A program made the position numbers and the translations under genes. Positions 1 through 9,700 of a DNA stretch of 54,938 bases are shown here, piece after piece. Source of the DNA: Candidatus Omnitrophota bacterium (GTDB taxonomy: Bacteria; Omnitrophota; Gorgyraeia; JAFGGP01); assembly GCA_016930485.1 (NCBI GenBank), contig JAFGGP010000017.1:1-54938 (forward strand). The letters are read 5' to 3'. A model generated the notes under the pieces. It was not told where the DNA came from and searched no databases. It worked only from the letters and a program-made list of their open reading frames with translations. How positions within the stretch are numbered: the first letter of the stretch is position 1; each line of letters opens with the position of its first letter.

Positions 1-3000
1 CTCTGACGGCATCTGTCCTGTATTACCCCAGTCATCGGTGACTGATTCACCGGCATCCTTGAGCTGGTAATCGTAGCTCACCGTGGTAGTCTGTGAATAG
101 TTTCCGCCAAAGATATCCACGCCTGAGGAGGTCGTGGTCTGCGAGGTCATCACGGCCTGGCCATGCATAATCGTATATATCTGCTCACCTGTCGTATAGG
201 AAGTATCTCCGAAGATATTGGTGGATGAGCCCTCGATGACACCATGAGCAGCAACCATCCCCCATCCTGACCTTATGGCCCCGCCTGCCGTTGCCCCCGG
301 CACTCTCTGATCCCCAACCTCTATAGGCCCATATTCATATGTTACCGTGGTCGTCTGATTCCATGCGCCGCCGAAGATATCAATGCCTGATGATACAGTT
401 GTCTGACTGACAAGGATTGCCTGACCATGAACAATCATGTACTCTTGAGTGCCTGAATTGAACGTGGTATCACCAAAGATATTGGTTGAAAAACCCTCGA
501 AAGAGCCTGTAGCACTCATTAATCCCCAGTAAAGCCTGGTAGTGGGCAGGCCTGTTTCAGAATCCAGTATCGGCTCTTCGTGATATATAGGATTCTCACT
601 GTTATCGCTCCGTTTAAGCTGACCATTAGGATCGATAAACCCGTATTGATAGACAACGGTCGACACCTGTTCCCAATAACCTCCAAACATATCATACCCC
701 GAAGAGGTGGTAACGGTCTCAACGGTATCTATCGCCCCGTAGATAGTAGGTAATACCCTGCCTTCGGCCTCAAAGGTTGTATAGGTTGTTTTACTCTCCG
801 CGGTGGTAGTATTGACGTCGCCAAAGATATTTTGAGATTCGGTCGTAGTGAGAGTTCTTGTGGCAAAGGCGCGTCCCTTAACAATGGTATATTCCGTCAC
901 TGTGGTCGTCGTTACAGTAGCACCGAATATATCCACCGTCGTGGTAATAAGGGGCTGAAGTTCTTCAACATTCACGAGGGCCGCTATTGATTTCTTCCCG
1001 TCTTCTGTTTCGTATTCACCATAGGTGTGCCTGACAATCGACGGCTGGGAGCTCGCCCATGTTTTGCCAAATATGTCCTCTCCCACGCTCTCGGTTATAA
1101 TATCGAGATAATCCATTACCCCCAAAATCGTCCCGGCCCTGTCCAGAATCTCGCCGTATAGGGCTTCGTCAAACTGGGCAATCTCATTCCACTCGGGCCT
1201 CTCTACCTCTTTATAGTGATACTGGCTGGTTGAAACGCTGGTATTCAGGGAACCGAAGACATCCATGGCAACGGTTGTGCTCACAACCACATCGCTGAAC
1301 GGTTTTCCGTTAATAAGTATATAGGTGGTTGAGGTGGTGGTGGTAACCGGATCACCGAAGATATTGACGCTTTCGGTGATCATTGGTTCGATTTCTTCAA
1401 CCGCGATCAATCCGGCAATTGTGGTCTTGCCTTCTTCCGTTGTCAGTTCCCCGAACTGGTGCCTTACCACCGACGGCTGCAGCGTCTCCCACGTCCTGCC
1501 GAATATATCAAGGCCTCTGTTTGAGCTGGTAATTTCGATATAATCCTGAACACCGAAGAGGGTCCTACCGTCATACTCAACCGTCTTGTAGTGGTATTCG
1601 CTGACCGTCTGCGAGTACGTATCAGAGCCAAAAATATCAACCTGGACAGAATCGGAAGTAACCACATCGGCAAGCGCTCTGCCTTTCACTATGGTGTAGG
1701 TGGTGGAGGTAGTGGTTGTTGTTAAGTTCCCAAATAAGTCTTGGGACAGCGTCACACCGCCAACAGCAGTTACCACCTCTTCTGTCCAGGGACTAATCAA
1801 ACTGACAGAAAGGTCCTCGGCCTTCTTAAGGAGACCCTGCCAGACCTTTCCTTCTTCGTTCACATAGAGCGGATCCGGAACCGTCTCAGGATCTTCGGTC
1901 CCGTTTGTATATTCGTAACGCATTGCGGTACGGGTCATAAAAGCGGTCCCGTACATATCAATCCCCAGGGTCGTAGTCACGGTCTCCAGGGGTTTTGACT
2001 GATTGTTGATGGCTAGGTAGTAGGTCTGGGTGGTGACGGCGCTCAGATTGCCGAAGATATCGCTGCTTATCGTAATGGTACCACCCACCCTCTCAAGAAA
2101 CTGCTCGATAAGGAGGGGATCGACATCCAGGAGCTCGCTCAGATCATCCGGAAGCACTATATCAGTTCCCGGAATCTGGATATTGGCGTCAAGATCCCTG
2201 GCACTCATGAGCAGACCGTGCCATAGCTCCCCGCTAGGCATCAGATAGATCGGATTGAGGTGCGCCAGCGGATCAAGACCGACCTCGCGCATGAGGTATG
2301 CCAGCTGCTCTGACAGGATCATCTCGTGCCACTCTTTTTCCTCAGGGAGATTATCCAGAGAGATCCCCAACGCCCCCTTCAAAAACTCTATGCGATCCGC
2401 GAAGGTCATGTGAGGCCAGTTTTCAGGAAGCGAGATCACCGTTGTACCGCCGGTAGTCTGGATTTCGACCGACCCGCCTGACTTGAGGAGCTCGAGCACA
2501 GCCGCCTTCTGGGCGTCGGTCATGCTGTCCCAGAGGATAGCCTCACCGTCGATGATCACATATTGCCCGCTGAGCACCTGGTCGATATAGTAATCGGTCA
2601 GGTCGCTTATCATCAGATAAACGTCTGAAAAGATAGCCGGGTCCTCCGCCCCGGTTGTATACCCGTATTCAAGAATGTTTCTGCTGAAATAGACACTTCC
2701 GAAGATGTCCGCGCCAACCGTATCAGTCGCCACAATCCCAGGTTTTGCCTGCCCGTCAACAATGGCATACGTGGTACTGGTTCTTACTATGGAGGAGCTG
2801 CCGAAGACATCGCTCCGCAGGGTCAGGCCACCGATCCCGGTAATGGTGTTGCCGGTCTCAGGGTCGTCAAGGCTTACTTCCATATCGTAGGCATTCTTTA
2901 AGAGGCCGATATAGACAGAAAGGTCTTCGGGGTTGACGTATCTCGAATCAGGCAGGTCAAAGGGGTCCTCGGTACCATCGGTATACTCATAGCCGACACG

Positions 3001-3770
3001 GGTAATCGTGATTGATGTCGACCCGTCCAGGCTGGTTCCGGTCGTCGTCGTAGTCGCCTCAATAACCTTTGCCTGGCCGTTGACAATGGCGTAGACATTG
3101 TCGGTGTGGGAATGCTGTTCATTGCCGAAGAGATCCGTGGTGATTGAATCGCTGTAGCCGTCGGCCCCGGTCAGATGGCCGACGCTGTCATACTCATAGT
3201 GCGTCACCGAGGTAGTGTCGGTCACTGATCCGTCGAGGCTGAACATAGTACTGGTCCCGCTTGCCTGGGACATGTGTGCCTCTGCCACCTGCGCCTCGTT
3301 GATAATAATCACGTAGTCGAAATCCGTCTCACCCTCGTGTTTATTTCCGAAGATATCGGAACCCGTGTATTCGTCGCCACCGTCCGAGCCTATCAGAAGA
3401 AGCGTATTGGGATCATAATCAAACGTCTGCCAGCCTATCTTGTGCTGTGTAGAGCCATCCATATTCTGAATGTCAGTCACGCTGTTAACCCGTACCACCT
3501 TTGCCTGACCATACATAATCTCGTATATATCGGTGGTAACCGTGGTGTAAGTATTACCAAATATGTCGAGGCCGTTCGTAACGCTTCCGCCCTCGGCCCC
3601 GATCAAGATGCCGTTTTCATCATAGAAGTACTCCACCCAGCTCACCGTATGGCTGGTAGAGCCGTCGGCATTCCAGCGGTAGGTATCCGTATCATACCGG
3701 TTAGTGTTACCGTCGGAATTGAGGTACTTGGTATAGTAGGTCTCGTTTGTGTTGCCAAAGTCGTCTTCGC
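1..3770 (-). repeat. Array of about 20 degenerate D/N-[IVLM]-F-G beta-repeats in the giant protein
   Basis: Recurrent units such as DIFGNTYTTVTTDIYEIMYGQAKVV, DIFGNKHEGETDFDYVIIINEAQV and DLFGNEQHSHTDNVYAIVNGQAKV. A few more copies at about 9790-10260. Confidence 0.85.
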
Positions 3771-6700
3771 CGCTTTCATAGCCTGTTTCCTCATCCGGCG
3801 TATCGGGCGGGGCAGGTGGTTCAGGCGGAGCCGGAGGTTCGGGAATGGGGGGCTCCTCGCTAACCGGTTCGATGCCAATATTTCTGACCCGTATCTCACC
3901 TTCCCAGTTGCCGTCCCAGCTGTCATTCGAAGCCACCTTGATGCCCAGTTGCAGTATCTGGTTCTCATCAAACTCGGCACCCTCGGGATAGGTGTCACCC
4001 TCTGAAAAGTCGAATGTCACTTTGACCCACGTCCCTGTCTCAAGATTGACCCACTCGCTGTAGCGTGATACCCATACGGTCCCGTCAGAGGTCTTGGCAA
4101 AAAGCTGGACCCCTGAAGGCGCTTCTTCAGAGCCGAATCCCGGATCCTCGACCATAATCTCTATAGTGAACTGCTTGTCGGTGTAATCGGTCGGGGCAAT
4201 AGTGAGATAGACCTCACCTTTCCGATAACCATCTACCGGACCATAGCTGCCGTACAGTCTCAGCTCATCATCGCCTGTTTCTATAACGCTCAGGGCCTTG
4301 CTGTCACCCTCGGTATAGCCCTGCCAGTCGCTTGAGGTCGATATATCCGGCTCCTCGGCCTCTTCTGCTTCCTGGGCCAGAGGCTGTTCCGGCTCTTCGG
4401 CCGGAGGTTCAACTGCAGGCGGTTCCTCTGCCGGCGGTTCAACTGCAGGCGGTTCCTCGACCGGAGGCTCTTCACCTCCCATAGTCTCTTCCGGTTCCTC
4501 AGCACTTAAACGGGCAAACAGATCTTCACTGTGACCATCGTAGGGCTCAAGATGGAGAACGAGATTGTCGCCTTCATAGTAAAGATACTCAACTTCGGCG
4601 TTTTCTGCTTCAATGGCTGCATAGATGTTATCAAGATCCGTTGCCTCAACTGTTCCTACATATACCCGGTTACCTCGGTGATCTTCTACAAAGACCCCGC
4701 CAACAGCCGCCCCGAATATCGGAGTTGTAATCGCCCCGGTAACAGGCATACCACCAACCGTATCATCCGGCACATACGCCCTGAAGGCCCTCTCGAGCGC
4801 CGCATCATACTCTGGCGTTCCTTTCTGAGATAGAATGGTGGATAGACCTGCCGTAGTTACAGCGTCGAACCACGCCTCAAGTCTCTCAGGAGCAACAGTT
4901 GTCACCTCCGGAATCACTATCAGGGATGAAGTTAGTTCAGGAAATTCTGCCTTGAGTGAACCCAGCACCGCCTCGGTAAGCCTGGCAAATTCTTCTGCGT
5001 CTATGCGTTCAAGCGGCTCTAGCACAAACTCAGGAAGGGGTTTTGAAGCATCCTGCGGGGTAAGCAAATAGAGGCCAAGAGGGGCCTCGCCCAGAGGCGT
5101 TTCTTTTGTAACTTCATCAGGAGTCAAGCCTTCCGGTGTGAATGACTCGCCCGTTGTTATGTCCATTTCCGGGGCAGCAATCATAAACGTCACCAGCTGA
5201 TACTCGGGAAGTTCCTTCGTAAGATATTGAGAAATCTCATGATAGGGAATTATTGTAAAATCGGCCTCCCTGTCCTCCTTTGGGATATCGCGAATCAGGA
5301 TCAACCGCGGGATAAACTGGACCGGGGTGGTTTCTGGATACGACGGCAGCTTAAGCAAGAGCACTGCACCTGCAGCATCCTGCAACAGAGAACTCTCCTG
5401 CAGCTTTTTAACCGTATCAATAACACTTATCTTAAATGATGGAACTAACTTAGCAACTAAATCCTCAACCGTATCATGAGGGCGCAGTGGTTCGCTCAGG
5501 GCAATCGGGAAAAGAGAGGGTGATATGGAAATAAGAACTGGGATAAACTCGTCAGGTGTAATTTTGGGTACCGGAGGCGCACGAAGGGTAATCACAATCC
5601 CCTGCCACTGGCCCAGGAAATCGCTCTGTGACACCTCATAGAGATTGCCGTCGATTTCCCTAACCAGCACAGTACCGTCCTCTTTAATCCCTTCAATCAC
5701 CACCCAGTGGTCTCCGCCCACATGGGCAATCACCGGCATATCCGCCTGTCTCAGTGCTTCAAAGCTGGTGCGGACCGTAACCATATCAAGGCCGAACTGC
5801 TCGGCAACTTCCCTAATCGCGATGTCCGAGGTATAGACAATATCAAATTGTGCCGGCCTGAGGATGCCGTTAATGATGTCGCTCACGATGGTCTGTGCCG
5901 CTATCTGTGTGGTAGAGACCTTGATACCGAACATCTCGAGTAACCGCTGCAGGGCCTTGGCGCCGCAGCTTATCACAAACTGACCCATCTTTGAGAGCCA
6001 GTCAACCACATTCTTGATGACTGCCAGATCAAGGATGCCTTCCTTAAACTGGTGCGCCTTCTCGGCGGCAATGTCAAGGAGTGTCTTTTCAACCTCATGG
6101 ACTACCTCGGCCGCCTGGTCAAGAAGCCCCTCGGCAGTCTTGTGAAAACTGAGAAGTAGCGTCACATTGCCTTCTGAATCCACGCGGGACTCAAGCACCA
6201 CCCGCGATTCAAGACCGTCCCTTATAACCGAGGCAGTGCCATCGCCATAGACGGTGATGTCAAGAGGGTTGCCGTCTCTGTCTGTGGTCCTGATATGCAG
6301 GTTGCCGTCCGAATCCCTCCACGTCCCATAGGTATCTGCCGAGAGCCCATCAGCACCCAGGGCAGGAAGGAATAATTTCATCTCGCCGTCCTCCTCTTTT
6401 AATATATAGGAAGACGACCCGTCTGCCGACAAACCGATGAGAATCGGGGTATGATAGCCGGCGCTGAGAAACGTCCCGGTAGCAACACCACCTACCTGAG
6501 GATGAGAATCGCTGCCTTCGCGGTTTTCTCCTTCCGGACCGCCGGGGAACGACGTGCCAATGTTCCCCTTATCATAATAAAACTGGGCATTCATGCGAGC
6601 AGTGCCTTTTGCAGTTGTAGCTTTGATAGTGGCGCCTACCATGGTATCCGGCAAGATATAAAGGGAGCCGTGAATAATGCCACCACCCGGGTCATCAATC

Positions 6701-9700
6701 GGGTCCTCTGTCGGGTCATCAGGGGGTACATCGTCCCATGGGTCATCATCCTGCGGGATATTAACCGTCGTGGGATTAAACTGATGTACTGAAAACCCTG
6801 AGAAGGTGTGCGATGCAGAGCCGCTATAGGCGGAGCCGCCCCCGCCCAAACCATACTTTCTGTATACCTCGACCGAGTACCATTTCTCCCCTGGTTCATC
6901 CTCATCGTCGTCAGCGCCGCCAGCTTCGTCATCGTCGTCATCGGCATCATCGTCGTCATCGTCGTCATCCGGAGGGTTATTGCCACCCGGGTCATCCGGG
7001 TCAAATTCCGGGGCACCGGCCGGTGCTACCAGGTCAATAAGTTTGGCAGTCTGAGTAAAGTCGTCCAGCAGTAGTGCGGCTGCCAAGGCCTCATTCGGGG
7101 TAAGGCCGCTGTCGCTGTTCTCTGCGATATAGGCCGCCTCCATCGCCCGCACCCACGCCTTTACCGCAGCGGCCGATATGGCCGATGAGGTGTCTCCTGA
7201 CGGGTTCATATTGACATGAAAGGCAAAATCGGCCACCTGGACCTTGGTAATTTTTTCACCATACTGGTATTGTGTCAGCTCTTCCTCCCAGGAAAGATCT
7301 TCCCAGAACTGTTGAATCGTCACCGATACACCGGTTGTCTTGTTTGTGCCTGTCACCTCTGTGAAGTCTCCGACTGAGCCATTTACGTTGCCATTGTAAT
7401 ACCCGACAAGTTGATACCAAGTGTCAGGTATATTGGGGTCAAGACCCTGGGGATCGATGTAATCGATATAGGAAGCTTGATTGCTGGGGTCAACAATAAT
7501 ATCAATGGTGGTCCCGGGATTGGCCGGGTCGTCAACCGTTACGGCATACGTGTAATTCATCGGGTTAACATTAGAGCCTTTCCCGGCATTGCTCCCATCC
7601 AAGGCGACATAGTCCCATTCACCAGCCTGGTGCGTAACCAGTCTGGTAACCGGGTTGCCATATTGATCACGGACAACCTCTCTGTTAACGTCGTACTGCC
7701 CCCTCTCCACCTTGACCGTAATGACCGCGTCCTTGGTCGGGTCAGGCTCGCCTGCCTCGTTCTCCCCGTAGGTAATAGTCATGGTAAAAGTGTACGTTAC
7801 CGTGTGTACCTGATTCCTATAAATGCGGAAGTCGCTGGACGGGTAAGCTGTGTGGCCTGTATCAGGGTTTTCATAGCGGGTGCCGGTGCCCCAGCTCTGT
7901 CCGGCAAGGTCGACCTCCACGGTTTTTGTCCACTCATAGCCGTTTTCAACCGGCTTGACTGCCAAGGCCGTACCCATCTGACCCTCATCAAACTCACCGA
8001 GTGGCGGATTCCACTCCAGGAGATTGATAGGAGGTGAGGCCACGGTCGGGTTGGTGCCATTTGCAAGCTTTGCAGAGGTATCCAGCACGCCGAAGGCCAG
8101 AAGCTGTATAAAACCGAACCCGTACGGGTCGGTGGTCCAGGCAGAATATGTCGTATTGGCTTTGTTAACGGTGTTGTCCATAAAAGTCGAACTAGGTCCC
8201 CAATGGTCTCCAAGATAATTGGGCGCAGACAGAGTCGAGACATTGCCCCACTGCTTGCCAAGGGAGTTTGAGGCAATCCACAGCTGACGGTCACTGGGGT
8301 CAATGTCATCTCCTACTACCCTCTTCACCGAGGCATACATCATGCCCAGGCCGCACGCCTTGACACACATGGCATCGATATTATATGCCAGGCTCCCGCC
8401 GCCCGTAGTACCGGTATAGGCACCAGTATTGCCGTCGCCTACTGCTGAATAGGCCTCGATCCTTGCCACAAACGCTGATTGGCCCTGCTGATTGCTCCAG
8501 GAATAATAATCCGCATACTCAATACCCGGTATGGCCTCACCACCTCCCCCCACATTATCCCTGGCGACTATCACGCACCTGCCCTGACCGCCAGTTTTTG
8601 ACATATACACATCAAGCCCATCAGCAAGTGTGAACGAGCTGCCGTCAGGGCCTGACTCATCAACCCAGACGTAGCGGCCTGTCGGGGTGGTGTCGCCGTT
8701 CCGGTAAAACTCTATAGTGTAATCCCCAAACTGGAAGTACCCGTACCGCGCGCCGTTTCCATAGTCATACCAGGTTCTGCCATTAGTCGATTGACCTATC
8801 CTATTGCCGTCGCCATCATACAAATCCCAGGCGATAATGCGGCCATTTGCCGGATTGATGCGTGGGTCCCAATGGCTGTTAGGGGGTGCCCAGGGGGGGA
8901 GGGGTGGCTCAGGTGGCGGCGTGTAATCATCATCATCATCATCGGCACCGCGTATCTGTTTCATGACCTCATCGGGGATTTCCCTGGCACCAGCGGGTTT
9001 TTCGCTGCTCAACACCACACCCTGCCACTTCTCCAGAAATTCCTCTTTTGTATAGATAATCACCTCGCCGTTTGTCTCAAGGACCTTGACCAGGTTGTCG
9101 GTCGCGCCAAGGACAATGACATAGTGGGTCGGGCTGAAATGCGCGATGACCGGCTGAGTAAGATTGACCAGTTCGTCATAGGTAAGTTCGAGGCCGTACA
9201 GTTCCACGCCATAGAGTTTTCCTACCTCCCTGAGCGATGACGCCGAAAGAATCAGCCTGCCGCTGGTAAGCGGGGTAATGACCCCGGTAAAGATATCGGT
9301 AAGGATGGTCTTGATCGCGATATCCGCGTAGTCGGTACCGGCAACGCCCAGTTGCATCAAGAGCCGCTGGATCGCCACAAAGGCGCTTGACCCGAAGTGC
9401 GCGTCCTGGTGCTCGAGCCAGTCGATGATAGCCCGCACACCCAGGGCAGTAAGCGAGACCGCGATATCCATAGTCAGGCCGAGTGCGGCAAGCATGGCCC
9501 GCTGCTCCTCAGGAGAAAGGGTGATAAAGCGCTCGAGCACCTCCCTCACCCGGTCAATAATGGTCTCGCGTGCCTCCTGCATCCGGGCATATTCATCGGA
9601 TGCCAGAAGTTCGCGGCGGACATCTTCGAGTGTCTTATCGCCCGAGAGGATTGCCTCCCGATACTGATCAAATTCCTGGGTCGTCGGGTCCCTCCCGAGG

